From: Bacteroidota bacterium
GTDB taxonomy: Bacteria > Bacteroidota > Bacteroidia > 2-12-FULL-35-15
Assembly (NCBI GenBank): GCA_040387415.1
Contig: JAZKDU010000017.1
Location: 30,904 to 94,903, forward strand
Direction of reading: 5' to 3'
DNA length: 64,000 nt
Shown: piece by piece, positions 39,751 through 50,496 of the stretch
Layout: every line of letters starts with the position of its first letter
How positions within the stretch are numbered: the first letter of the stretch is position 1
Made by a program: the position numbers and the translations under genes
The notes under the pieces: model-generated
Seen by the model: only the letters and a program-made list of their open reading frames with translations
What the model was told of the DNA's origin: nothing
The model's database searches: none

Positions 39751-40893
39751 TTATAGCATAATATCTCTTGCAATAATCTCTTTCATTATCTCATTGGTAC
39801 CGGCATAAATTTTCTGAACTCTGCTATCGGCATAGGCACGTGCAATCCAATACTCCCAGATATAACCATAGCCGCCATGGAACTGCAAGCATTCATCCAC
39901 AACCTTACATTGCAGATCAGTCATAGCTAATTTCATCATAGCAGCTGTAGGCACATCTAATTCTTTTTTTAGATGCAGCTCAATGCATTTATCAACAAAT
40001 ACTCTTCCTATTTGAGTTTCAGTAGCCAATTCAGCTAGTTTGAAACGGGTATTCTGGAAAGTGGCAACCGTTTTACCAAAAGCATTCCGATCTTTTGTGT
40101 ACTGAATGGTTTTTTCAATTGCTGTTTCAGCAGTTGTTATCCCCATGATACCAACCAAAAGTCTCTCCTGTGGTAATTCCTGCATGAGGTAATTAAAGCC
40201 AGCGCCTTCTTTACCTAGTAAGCAGGATACAGGTACTTTTACGTTATCAAAAAACAATTCACAGGTATCCTGTGCTTTCATACCAATTTTTTTCAGCGGA
40301 CTGCCTTTTGTAAAACCTTCCATGCTGGTATCCATTATTAAAAGGCTTGTACCTTTTGCACCTGCTGCTGCATCTGTTTTGACTACTACAATTACCATAT
40401 CACACATATACCCATTGGTAATAAAGGTTTTAGAACCATTTACAATGTAATGATCACCCTGCTTAACGGCTGTTGTTTTTATTCCTTGCAAATCACTACC
40501 AGCTGCTGGTTCGCTCATTGCAATAGCTGTAATTGCTTCACCACTAACCATTTTAGGAATCCAATGTTTTTTTTGCTCTTCCGTTCCGTAATGTAAAATA
40601 TATGGCGCAACAATGTCGGAGTGTAAAAAATATCCTGGGCCGGTACACCCTGTTTTCGAAAGCTCCTCAATGATAATGGTGCTGTATCTAAAATCAGCTC
40701 CGGAACCACCATACTCAACTGGTGCGCAAGGACAAAGGATGCCCATTTCTCCTGCTTTTAACCATGCTTCTCTTGATATTTGTCCATCCTTTTCCCACTG
40801 ATCATGAAAAGGAACAATTTCCTTTTGAAAAAAATCTCTTACTGCAGTTCTGAGCATATCATGCTCTTCGGTAAATAAAGTACGTTGAATCAT
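39751..40893 (-). CDS. acyl-CoA dehydrogenase (isovaleryl/short-branched-chain type)
   Basis: 'AMSEPAAGSDL', 'YAGTNEIMKEIIAR' ACAD signatures. Confidence 0.9.
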   Translation of the reverse strand: MIQRTLFTEEHDMLRTAVRDFFQKEIVPFHDQWEKDGQISREAWLKAGEMGILCPCAPVEYGGSGADFRYSTIIIEELSKTGCTGPGYFLHSDIVAPYILHYGTEEQKKHWIPKMVSGEAITAIAMSEPAAGSDLQGIKTTAVKQGDHYIVNGSKTFITNGYMCDMVIVVVKTDAAAGAKGTSLLIMDTSMEGFTKGSPLKKIGMKAQDTCELFFDNVKVPVSCLLGKEGAGFNYLMQELPQERLLVGIMGITTAETAIEKTIQYTKDRNAFGKTVATFQNTRFKLAELATETQIGRVFVDKCIELHLKKELDVPTAAMMKLAMTDLQCKVVDECLQFHGGYGYIWEYWIARAYADSRVQKIYAGTNEIMKEIIARDIML

Positions 40894-40947
40894 TTAGTTT
40901 TCGGAGTTGGTAGTTTGTTTTTAAAAAGCTTTTATTTATTGGTAAAT

Positions 40948-42105
40948 TTATAAAATAATTTTAGTATCCCTTAATTGTTTTATTTCGGTATCTGAATAGC
41001 CTATCCCTTTTAGCTTTTGATCGGTATGTTCTCCTAATAATGGTGCTGGTGTTTCTATTTCGAAATGAAAACCGCTGAATTTAAGCGGTAAAGCGAATTG
41101 AGTAACATTTCCTTCCTCTGTAACATTCTTTGTTTCAATCATTTTCCTGGCAATCACCTGTTCGTTATTTAAACTTTCTTTTAACGAAAGTACAGGAGAA
41201 ACGCAGCAATCAAGCGTTTCAAATTTATTGGTCCAAAATTCACGGGAATTGCTTTTAAAAATTGCAGCAACTTCGCTAGATGTTTTTTCTGCTTCTTTAT
41301 CAGTAACTATATGAGAAGGTATCAAATCCTTTCTATCAACAGCGATGCAGAAGCGTTCCCAAAACTTAAATTCCAATGCTCCAAGAGCAATAAATTTATT
41401 ATCAGAAGTTTCATAAATAGAATAACATGGTAAATCTCCAGTTAAAAAACTTTGTTCACCATGATCAACCTGCGTCAATGCCGTTGTAGCATGCGCCAGC
41501 ACTCCATCCATAATAGAAACATCAATGTATTCACCCTCCCCAGTCATCTTTTGTTGAACAAGGGCTGCAAGTATTCCCATTGCTGCATTTAATGAACCCC
41601 CAACTACATCTGATATTTGAAAATTTGGAATAAATGGAATTTTACCTTTTTGCTCCAATACACCTGTATAAGAGCAATAGTTAATGTCATGGCCCGCTTT
41701 ATCGCGGTAAGGCCCTGTTTGACCATAACCTGTAATAGAACAATAAATAAGTTTTGGATTAATTGCTTTTAAGGTTTCGTAGTCAATCCCCAACTTGCTT
41801 ACCACACCCGGCCGAAAACTTTCAACCACTGCATCAGCAGTTTCAGCTAATTTCAAAAACAATTTACGGCCTTCTTCCTTGGTCAGATCAACCGCAAGAG
41901 ATTGTTTATTACGGTTCACTGCATGAAAAAACACTGAGTTTTTGTTCTGCATTGGGGGGATCGACCTTGCATAATCACCAATAAAGGGATCTTCAATTTT
42001 TAAAACTTCGGCACCCATATCGGCTAAATGCAGTGTACACATAGGCCCAGGCAGAAGCCTTGTTAAATCCAATATTTTAATTCCTGTTAACGGCTTTTTT
42101 TTCAA
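40948..42105 (-). CDS. family III CoA-transferase (CaiB/BaiF, alpha-methylacyl-CoA racemase-like)
   Basis: 'GIKILDLTRLLPGPMCTLHLADMGAEV' N-terminal CoA_transf_3 motif. Confidence 0.85.
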   Translation of the reverse strand: MKKKPLTGIKILDLTRLLPGPMCTLHLADMGAEVLKIEDPFIGDYARSIPPMQNKNSVFFHAVNRNKQSLAVDLTKEEGRKLFLKLAETADAVVESFRPGVVSKLGIDYETLKAINPKLIYCSITGYGQTGPYRDKAGHDINYCSYTGVLEQKGKIPFIPNFQISDVVGGSLNAAMGILAALVQQKMTGEGEYIDVSIMDGVLAHATTALTQVDHGEQSFLTGDLPCYSIYETSDNKFIALGALEFKFWERFCIAVDRKDLIPSHIVTDKEAEKTSSEVAAIFKSNSREFWTNKFETLDCCVSPVLSLKESLNNEQVIARKMIETKNVTEEGNVTQFALPLKFSGFHFEIETPAPLLGEHTDQKLKGIGYSDTEIKQLRDTKIIL

Positions 42106-42230
42106 AAATCAACTGATTTTAATTTGCATGTTTCAATAGAACGTTTATCTATCGGATTCCGCAAAACGATTGAAATCAAAAATACAAATTAATTTAAACA
42201 GTTAATGATATAGAGAGGATGGAGTGGACA

Positions 42231-42265
42231 AAAAAAAACGGCTTTGAAATCAAAGCCGTTTTTTA
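42231..42265. terminator. bidirectional terminator downstream of cphA
   Basis: 'aaaaaaaa-cggctttga-aat-caaagccg-tttttt'. Confidence 0.6.
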
Positions 42266-42284
42266 GAATATTATTTTTATAATT

Positions 42285-44947
42285 TTAATGCTTTACTGCT
42301 ACCATGGACATTTCCTTTTGTTTTGGGAATTGTTCCGATTTATTTTCTTCTTTCGTTTTAAGGTCTTTCACAAATTTTATTGCCTCAAATACATCATCCG
42401 CGCATATTGTTATGAATGCATTTTTTCTAGCACTATCAAATACGTGCTGAATTGCTTCTGCTTCAGATGATATTACTTTCAGAGGTATGTCCCTTTCAGA
42501 GCAAATACCTTCTATTAAAAGTCTGGTAATTTCCTCTTTTGTCCTCCCTCTTAAGTCTGTATCGTGCTTAATAATTATTTCATCAAAGGTTTGTGCACAC
42601 AGGCGCCCGATATTCCTGATGTCAGAATCACGTCTGTCACCTGTTGCTGATACTATTCCTATTTTTACTGAAGCCGGGGTTTTATCCATAAATTTTTTCA
42701 ATTGAATAAAACCATCTGTATTATGAGCATAATCAATCATTACCTCAAAATTCCTGAATTTAAAAATATTCATTCTACCTGGTGTTTGCTCTTCTGATGG
42801 AATAAACGTTTTTAACGCATTACGGATTTCCTGAATATCAAACTCCCTAATAACAGCGGCTAGCGTGGCAGGCAAAATATTTTTGATCATGGCTTCCGCC
42901 CTGCCGTTTAAAGTAAGGGGAATATTTACAATCTTTTCAATACGGGTTTTCCATTTACCTTTGCACACCACTAAATATCCATTTTCCACTACTGCAGCAA
43001 GACCGTCATTTTCGCAGTGGCGAAGAATTCGTTTATTTTCAGAATCCATACTGAAAAGAGCTATTTTCCCATCCACTTCATCGCGCATTTCATAAACCAA
43101 ATCATCATCTGCATTTAAAATAGCATATCCTGTTTCTGCAGTACTTTTAGCCACCACACTTTTAACTTTTGCAAGATCGCTCAATGTATGAATGTCTTTT
43201 AACCCCAGGTGGTCGTCAGTTACGTTTGTAATTATGCTGATATCGCAGGTATCAAATGCCAATCCTGATCGTAAAATACCACCTCGCGCACATTCCAGAA
43301 CAGCAAAATCTATTGTAGGGTCCAATAAAACAGCCTGACAGCTTAACGGTCCTGTACAATCACCATGGTGAACAGCTTGATCCTGAATGTAAATACCTTC
43401 AGTGGTGGTATAACCAACCTTATGTCCCATATGCTTTGCAATGTGGGCAATAAGGCGAGTTGTAGTGGTTTTTCCATTTGTTCCGGTAACTGCAATTAAC
43501 GGAATACGTCCGTTATCCTTATCCGGGAACAGCATGTCAACAATAGGTTCTGCAACATTACGTGCAATACCTTTTGCCGGACTTAAATGCATCCGTAAAC
43601 CCGGGCAGGCGTTAACTTCCACAATTCCTCCTATTTCCTTTGTTAAGGGAATATTAATATCTTTTGCTACAATATCAATCCCGCAAATATCGAGGTTTAA
43701 CAGGCGAGCTACTCTCTCCGCTAACAATCTGTTGTAAGGGTGTACCAAATCAGTAACATCCCTTGAAGTGCCACCTGTACTTAGATTGGCGGTATCTTTT
43801 AAAAACAATATTTCACATAAAGGAAGTACTGATTCCAAGGTAAGATTTTTTCTTTCTAAAATATGCAGGGTGATTTCATCCACAATTATTTTAGACATTA
43901 CATTTTCATGGCCATAACCACGTTCAGGCTCCTGATTGGTTTGTTCAATCAACTGGCCAATAGTAGATTTACCATCACCGGTAACCATAGCTGGCGTACG
44001 CTTTGCCACTGCAACCAGTTTATAATTAATTACCAGAAAGCGGTAATCAAATCCCTCAATAAATTCTTCAACAATAGCTTCTTTCGAAAACTTTTTAGCA
44101 ACTGAAAAAGCTTCTATAGCTTGCTCCTCGTTACCGATATGTGTTGTTATTCCATTGCCATGATTGCTATCAAGCGGTTTCACAACTACTGGGTAATTTA
44201 AATTTTTCAACGCATTTTTCAACTCTGCTTCATCATACACCAGCTCACCTTCAGGAACAGGAATATAGGCTGCTGATAATATTTTTTTTGTTTCATTTTT
44301 ATCGCAGGCCATCTCAATGCCTATTCCACTTGTTGTACTAGCAATTGTAGCCCGGATTTTTTTCTGTTTATTTCCATATCCAAACACTACCAATGAACTA
44401 TCGTTTAGTCGTTTGAAGGGAATATTTCGTTTAACAGCTTCTGAAATAATAGACTGGGTACTCGGCCCGAAACTATATTTTCTTTTTAAATATCTTAATT
44501 CTTCAATGTCCTCATTAAGATCGTAAGGTTCATTATTTACAAGAGCTTCAGCGATACGAACCGCTGCATCCTTTGCATATAAACCTGCTTGTTCAATCTC
44601 ATAAGCAAATATGATTGTATACACACCTCTGACGTTAGTAGATCGGGTTCTTCCGAAACCAACATCCATACCCGCCAGACTTTGAATTTCCAAGGCAATA
44701 TGTTCTATTACGTGTCCCATCCAGGTACCTTTTTTAACTCTGTAAAATAAGCCGCCATCATGACCTTCAGAGCAGCCATGATTATAAAGGGATGGTATTA
44801 AATTTTTTAGTCTTTCTGGAAATCCTTCAATCTTGTTTGTCGGGAAATTTTCCAGTTTTTCAATGTCTAATTTGAAATAAATTAATTTTTTGCGGTAATT
44901 GGACCAGAAGTTCGGTCCGCGCATTACTTTTACATCTAGGATTTTCA
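42285..44947 (-). CDS. cphA: cyanophycin synthetase
   Basis: 'MKILDVKVMRGPNFWS...' N-terminal domain. ATP-grasp and Mur-ligase-like ('GTNGKTTTTRL') domains. ~887 aa from the internal Met. The 21-aa track extension from a TTG is probably not translated. Confidence 0.85.
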
Positions 44948-45180
44948 TAAAATGGAAGTTTATTAAACTATTACCATTTTGTATGCCATAGATTAAAATA
45001 ATAATAATCAAGGAAATAGAATATACACAAGCACTTGGATGAGGAAAAGATTCCCCGACATGACAATTTTTGTGGGGAATATGGTATTAATTTGCAACAG
45101 TCGATTTGTAAAAATCAATTAAACAGAAGCTGTTTTAAATAGGAAACCAAGGGAATTAGGAATGTTAGGTTAATGCTTCA

Positions 45181-48100
45181 TTAAATTTTAAATCCTACCA
45201 ACAACACGTCATCAATTTGCGTTTGAGTGGTTTTCCAGTCTTCAAATTTTTGATGAATTATTTTTTTCTGCTCATTACTAGGCAAATCTGCTATTAATGA
45301 AAGTATCGCTTTAAATTTAGCACTACCCAATTTTTTGCGTTCCGCTCCCCCAAACTGATCTGTATAACCATCGGTAAGCATATAAATATTCATTCCCTGA
45401 ACTATAGGAATAACATGAGTTGTAAATTTTTTATTTTCATCGATTTCTCTAAAACTTTTACCACCAATTGAATTTAAATCTGCCTTTATAATTTGTAAAG
45501 CGCCATTTACAGAAATATACAATGAGTTTTGTGCACCAGCGAATTCTAGTATTCCTTTCGGTTTGTCAATAACACAAATAGAGATATCCATACCATCCTG
45601 CGAACGCTCTTCTGTATGACTCTGCTGCAATGATTTATAAATACCCAGATGTAATTTATTTAAAATTAAACCCGGATCTGTGATTAAAAGGTCATTCACA
45701 ATTTCATTGAGCAACATGTTTCCTATCATACTCATAAATGCACCAGGAACCCCATGTCCGGTGCAATCGGCAACAGCTACAATCAATTTATCATCCAATT
45801 TTGAAAACCAATAAAAATCTCCGCTTACAATATCTTTAGGTCGATAATAAATAAATAATTCAGGAAGATGTATATGAATTTCTTCTTCGCTGAGCAATAA
45901 TGAATCCTGAATATTTTTCGCATAGTTAATGCTATCCGTAATTTTTTGATTCTTTTGCTCAATTATCTGCTTCTGTTTTTCTATTTCAGCAGCTTTTTTC
46001 TCTACTTCCATAGTTTTCTTTTCCACCTCAGAAGTACGTTCTTTGACTGTTTGTTCCAATAACTCCTTATCTCTGCGCAGTGATGCTGTACGAAGGCGAT
46101 AAAAACCATATAAAAAAAATGATGCAGCAAAAATATAGATACTATAAGCCCACCATGTTCTGTACCATGGCGGCAAAACTTTAAAAGAATAAATAACAGG
46201 TTCGCTCCAAATTCCAAAAGGGCTTCTCGCCTTCACTTTAAAAACATAATCGCCCTCATTTATATTTCCAAAAGTAGCTGTTGTTTTATCTGTACTACTG
46301 CTCCAATTATTATCATATCCTTCTAACATATATTGATAGCGAACAAGAAAATTTCTGTCCGTTTCAATTGCTAAAAAGTCAAAAGTTACATTATTATGAT
46401 CATAAGATAATATAAGATTTTCGGGAAGAGGATACCATTTTCTTATACTGTCAAATTTTATGTCGGCAAATTTTCGTCTTATTGTATCACGCTCCTGTTC
46501 CGATAAATATTTTCCAAAAGTGCTTATTTCCTGCTCTGCTACTATTTTTTTGTCCTCCTGATCTGAGCTGATGGTATACCAGGAAATATTTTCCTCCTGT
46601 ATTTTTATATTTTGTATAACTATTATAGGCTTCTCTGAATTTTTATTTATTGCCGAAGGATCAAAGCGAATTAATTTATTATCTCCACAGCCAGCCCAAA
46701 TTATTCCAGTACCAACCCTGCCAGTGCTATCACTAGATGAAAGACCAATTTTGGTAATGCACATTGCATTGGTATTCAGGTCTTTTACAGGATAACCATT
46801 TTTTTTGTTGTATATTTCCCACACAGGTACATAATTTTTCAGCTCTTCATTATTAATATTTATTGTTCCTGCACCCCTAGTTTCTTGACTTCCATTCTTT
46901 AAATTCCTAAATTTCAATCCGCTAAATCCAAGATTTGTTCCAAACCAAATCGTTCCATCTCTATCCTCCTCCATATCGTACACCACATTGTCTGCAAGTC
47001 CTTCCTGCAGAGTAAAACTGATGAACGATTTGCCATCATAACGAGAAACTCCACCTCCGTTTGTACCAAACCAAAGATTTCCACCACTATCTTTCAAAGT
47101 ATTAAGTATGGTATTATTTGACAGGCCTTGAGCTGTTGTATAATTTGTGAAATATTTTCCATCATAGCGTAAAACTCCTCCTCCATTAGTACCAATCCAA
47201 AGATTTCCATCATTATCTTCAATAATACTTTTTATATTATTTTCAGGAAGTCCATTCGCAGTAGTATAGGTTGTAACCGATTTTCCATCGTAACGTGATA
47301 CACCTGCTGAGGTACCGAACCAAATATTCCCACCCTTATCTTGGCATAAACATCTTATATTATTATCGGCAAGTCCTTGTTCTGTAGTAAAAGTTGTAAA
47401 GAATTTACCATTATAACAGGATGCTCCGCCACCCAATTTGCCGAACCAAAGATTTCCACTTTTATCCTCTAACATACTCCATACTCTGCCACCTTCAAGC
47501 CCCTGTTCCGTAGTAAAAGTTGTAAAAGATTTTCCATCATAACGACACACCCCAAAACCATGTGTCCCAAACCAAAGGTTTCCATTTTTATCTTCCATGA
47601 TACTTTTTACAAGATCATTTGGAAGACCTTGCTTACCTGTAAAGCTAATAAAGGCTTTACCAGTATACATGCATACGCCTCCTCCTCCAGTACCAAACCA
47701 AAGATTGCCGTTCCTATCCTCAGTTATAGTTCTTACATCATTATGTGATAAGCCTTGATCGGTTGTAAAAGCCACAAAATGTTTTCCATCATATCGTGTT
47801 ACTCCGACACCTGTTCGAAACCAAATATTTCCGCTTTTATCTTCTGTAATGCTCCATATATTAGTCTTCTCCCTCTCGTCAGTTAAAAAATTAGTAAATG
47901 ATTTTCCATTATACCGAGACATCCCATGTCCGGTTGAACCAAACCACAAGTTCCCATTCCTATCTTTTGTGATGCATGATATGCCGTTGTGAACAAGCCC
48001 TTGTTGTGTAGTAAACGTTGTAAATATTTTTCCATCATATCTGCTAACCCCGCTATTATATGTGGCAAACCAAAGATTCCCACTATTATCCTCCGCAATA

Positions 48101-48858
48101 CTTGATACCCTATTATCTGCTAATCCATCCTTACTAGTGAGATTGACAATGTTTTTTCCATTATAACAGCTTACTCCTTCATTTGTACCAAACCAGATAT
48201 TTCCACTTTTATCTCCTACAATACTTAAAACCGTATTACTTGGCAGCCCCTGTTCCATACTATAAGTAGTAAATGATTTACCATCGTAACAAGATGCCCC
48301 CCCTCCATTAGTGCCAAACCAAAGATTACCTTTTTTATCCTCTGTTATGCAAAAAACACCATTATGAACAAGTCCACTCGAAGTATTAAAAGTAATAAAG
48401 TCCTTTCCATCATACCGTGATACTCCAGCTCCCAGTGTACCAAACCAAAGATTTCCCATTTTATCTTTAAGCCCGCAACTTATTGCGCTTAAAGCCAGGC
48501 CCTGCTCTGTATTATAATTGGTAAAAAAGCCAATTCCTTGGCCTTCAACAGAAACAGACGAATTACCATTTGAGTTAAATGATTTTACAACTGATGGTGT
48601 TAAATTTAAAACCTTTTTATTTTCAAGTATTATGGTTTGATTATGAGTTGGTACAACTATAGTTTGTGGTGGAGGACAATCTGCAAGATAAGTTATTCGA
48701 GGGTTAGTGATTTGAATAGTTATTGGTGGGATACTATTCTGTTTTTTACTTTCGATAGTTGCATTTCCTTTGTTATCGTTTTTGCAACCTAAAAATAACA
48801 ACAAAAAAATAATGATATACAGAGGCGCAAAAAATAGTGCATTGACCTGTTTTATCAT
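45181..48858 (-). CDS. periplasmic two-component-regulator propeller (Reg_prop) + Y_Y_Y sensor fused via one TM helix and a coiled coil to a PP2C/SpoIIE-family protein phosphatase
   Basis: At least 12 repeats 'GN[LI]WFGT.GGGVSRYDGK.FTTFT.EQGL'. Y_Y_Y-like block 'LVRYQYMLEGYDNNW'. TM 'WAYSIYIFAASFFLYGFY'. C-terminal 'SGDFYWFSKLDDKLIVAVADCTGHGVPGAFMSM' PP2C motif. No kinase domain. Confidence 0.8.
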   Translation of the reverse strand: MIKQVNALFFAPLYIIIFLLLFLGCKNDNKGNATIESKKQNSIPPITIQITNPRITYLADCPPPQTIVVPTHNQTIILENKKVLNLTPSVVKSFNSNGNSSVSVEGQGIGFFTNYNTEQGLALSAISCGLKDKMGNLWFGTLGAGVSRYDGKDFITFNTSSGLVHNGVFCITEDKKGNLWFGTNGGGASCYDGKSFTTYSMEQGLPSNTVLSIVGDKSGNIWFGTNEGVSCYNGKNIVNLTSKDGLADNRVSSIAEDNSGNLWFATYNSGVSRYDGKIFTTFTTQQGLVHNGISCITKDRNGNLWFGSTGHGMSRYNGKSFTNFLTDEREKTNIWSITEDKSGNIWFRTGVGVTRYDGKHFVAFTTDQGLSHNDVRTITEDRNGNLWFGTGGGGVCMYTGKAFISFTGKQGLPNDLVKSIMEDKNGNLWFGTHGFGVCRYDGKSFTTFTTEQGLEGGRVWSMLEDKSGNLWFGKLGGGASCYNGKFFTTFTTEQGLADNNIRCLCQDKGGNIWFGTSAGVSRYDGKSVTTYTTANGLPENNIKSIIEDNDGNLWIGTNGGGVLRYDGKYFTNYTTAQGLSNNTILNTLKDSGGNLWFGTNGGGVSRYDGKSFISFTLQEGLADNVVYDMEEDRDGTIWFGTNLGFSGLKFRNLKNGSQETRGAGTININNEELKNYVPVWEIYNKKNGYPVKDLNTNAMCITKIGLSSSDSTGRVGTGIIWAGCGDNKLIRFDPSAINKNSEKPIIVIQNIKIQEENISWYTISSDQEDKKIVAEQEISTFGKYLSEQERDTIRRKFADIKFDSIRKWYPLPENLILSYDHNNVTFDFLAIETDRNFLVRYQYMLEGYDNNWSSSTDKTTATFGNINEGDYVFKVKARSPFGIWSEPVIYSFKVLPPWYRTWWAYSIYIFAASFFLYGFYRLRTASLRRDKELLEQTVKERTSEVEKKTMEVEKKAAEIEKQKQIIEQKNQKITDSINYAKNIQDSLLLSEEEIHIHLPELFIYYRPKDIVSGDFYWFSKLDDKLIVAVADCTGHGVPGAFMSMIGNMLLNEIVNDLLITDPGLILNKLHLGIYKSLQQSHTEERSQDGMDISICVIDKPKGILEFAGAQNSLYISVNGALQIIKADLNSIGGKSFREIDENKKFTTHVIPIVQGMNIYMLTDGYTDQFGGAERKKLGSAKFKAILSLIADLPSNEQKKIIHQKFEDWKTTQTQIDDVLLVGFKI

Positions 48859-48972
48859 TTAAATTACAATTTTATATTCTTACAAAGATAAAAAAAAGCT
48901 ACGGTTTAATAATCCTATTACTTATCATAAAATTGAAGAAAACAATAAATCTCCGCTATATTCTCAATTTCT

Positions 48973-49734
48973 TTAAAAAGCGAGATTCTGCTCAATATAT
49001 TGGATTGCTTCCTCCTGTGTTTTTACAGCAAAATCTTTATAACGATTATGCACATCTATAATTTCATCAATAGCCTCCTGAACAAGCTGTTTGTTATCCC
49101 AGGTCTTTAGGTCCGTTATAACAGTTTCCAGACATCCTTTTTTATAAGCTATCTGGCCTAATACATGCACTAGCGTTTTTGATACCCGTGCAGTTTTATC
49201 GTATTGTAATTCTCTCAGTAAAGGTAAAATATCCTGGGGGTGCGTCCTACCGCGTAATTCGATACCATGGCAGATTTCTCTTCTAATCTCTTTATCATCG
49301 TGATGTAAATAGGCACTGGCCCATTTCAAAATAGGTTTAGGATTCACCTCACTCATTTTTTTAACGGAACCAATCACTGCGTTTCTGACAGAATGATGAT
49401 GATCAAATAAGCCTTTATCAAAAAAATGTTTTACTTTTTCAAAATCTTTTTTACCTATTTCTCCGGCTGCATTAATCGTAGTTTGCCTTATTTTAAAATC
49501 ATCATTTTTTATAAGGGTTTCAAGGAGCTGAATTATTTTATTCTGGAAATCTTTATTTGAGAAATAAATACGTCCCAGAGATAAATAAGCCGATTTACGT
49601 ATATACGTATCTTCGTCTGAAAAATAAGAAAGCGTTTTCTGAAGTTTACCAGAGATTAATCCATCATGTATTTCCTTACTTATTTTTTCAACAAGTTGAA
49701 TGCGTTCCTCTTTTGATAATTCGTAAAAGCTCAT
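48973..49734 (-). CDS. HEAT-like repeat protein (possibly DNA-alkylation-repair AlkD-like family)
   Basis: Repeated ~35-aa units each with '[IV]R..[AI]' ('IRKSAYLSLG', 'VRNAVIGSV', 'IRREICHGI', 'ARVSKTLVHVLG'). Confidence 0.4.
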   Translation of the reverse strand: MSFYELSKEERIQLVEKISKEIHDGLISGKLQKTLSYFSDEDTYIRKSAYLSLGRIYFSNKDFQNKIIQLLETLIKNDDFKIRQTTINAAGEIGKKDFEKVKHFFDKGLFDHHHSVRNAVIGSVKKMSEVNPKPILKWASAYLHHDDKEIRREICHGIELRGRTHPQDILPLLRELQYDKTARVSKTLVHVLGQIAYKKGCLETVITDLKTWDNKQLVQEAIDEIIDVHNRYKDFAVKTQEEAIQYIEQNLAF

Positions 49735-49930
49735 ATTATTTAATTTCCACCAAAAATCTAATTGTACTATTGAACCTTAATTTAGATTTAAAAATGTAAT
49801 TTCAAAATTAACATAAATCAATGAAATCTTAAATTATAACCTTAAACCCAAATTTCTCGATCACATTCTATGACTTTTCCATCCAAAATGCTTACCTTTA
49901 CAGCCGTTTGACCATTATAAAAGAATTTGA

Positions 49931-50377
49931 ATGAAAAAAATTGGGGATTATAGAAGAATTTTAGGTGTTACTAAGACCATAGAATTAAAAGAATTAAAAA
50001 CTGTTTATAGAAATTTCATGAAGGAATGTCATCCTGATAAATTTCAGGATAACGATGAAATGAAAGCGGAAGCAGAAGAAAGAAGCAAATCTATTATTGA
50101 AGCATATCATTTTTTGGTAAGTATCGCACCGGAAACTATAGCGCAAAATCTTCCTGAATATACAGCAACAACAGGCACATCCAATATCGCTGATTTTCAA
50201 TGGGCTGCGCAAACTTTACGCGTTAATTTTTTAGATGGAAACATTTATGAATATTTTGATGTTCCACGCGCTGTATACATAAAACTTGTTAATGCAGATT
50301 CTCAAGGCAGATTTGCAAGACGCCATATTTATGGCTCTTATGTTTATAGAAATGTTACCAAAACAGTTGCTGTATAA
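49931..50377 (+). CDS. J-domain protein with C-terminal KTSC domain
   Basis: 'YRRILGV...LKTVYRNFMKECHPDKF' J domain with HPD. C-terminal 'LRVNFLDGNIYEYFDVPRAVYIKLVNADSQGRF' KTSC-like. Confidence 0.65.
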   Translation: MKKIGDYRRILGVTKTIELKELKTVYRNFMKECHPDKFQDNDEMKAEAEERSKSIIEAYHFLVSIAPETIAQNLPEYTATTGTSNIADFQWAAQTLRVNFLDGNIYEYFDVPRAVYIKLVNADSQGRFARRHIYGSYVYRNVTKTVAV

Positions 50378-50466
50378 GGCAGTCCAACGAACCTCACAAA
50401 TTATTAATCTGGTTGATATTATTTATTGAACAAGAAATAAAAGTAGAGGCATCTTAGAATAAAAAA

Positions 50467-50496
50467 ATACTGGTTAATTAACCAGTATTTTTTTTG
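50467..50496. terminator. bidirectional terminator overlapping the 3' end of the SGNH gene
   Basis: 'aaaaaaa-atactggttaa/ttaaccagtat-tttttttt'. The hairpin encodes the last four codons (ILVN) of the minus-strand CDS. Confidence 0.55.

Noticed and set aside
44948-45011. 21-aa N-terminal extension of cphA (MIIIILIYG...) in the ORF track
   Set aside because: Begins at a non-ATG codon and is hydrophobic junk. CphA orthologues begin MKIL.... My hand reading of 44990-45011 also disagrees by one base with the track translation, so I did not rely on it.
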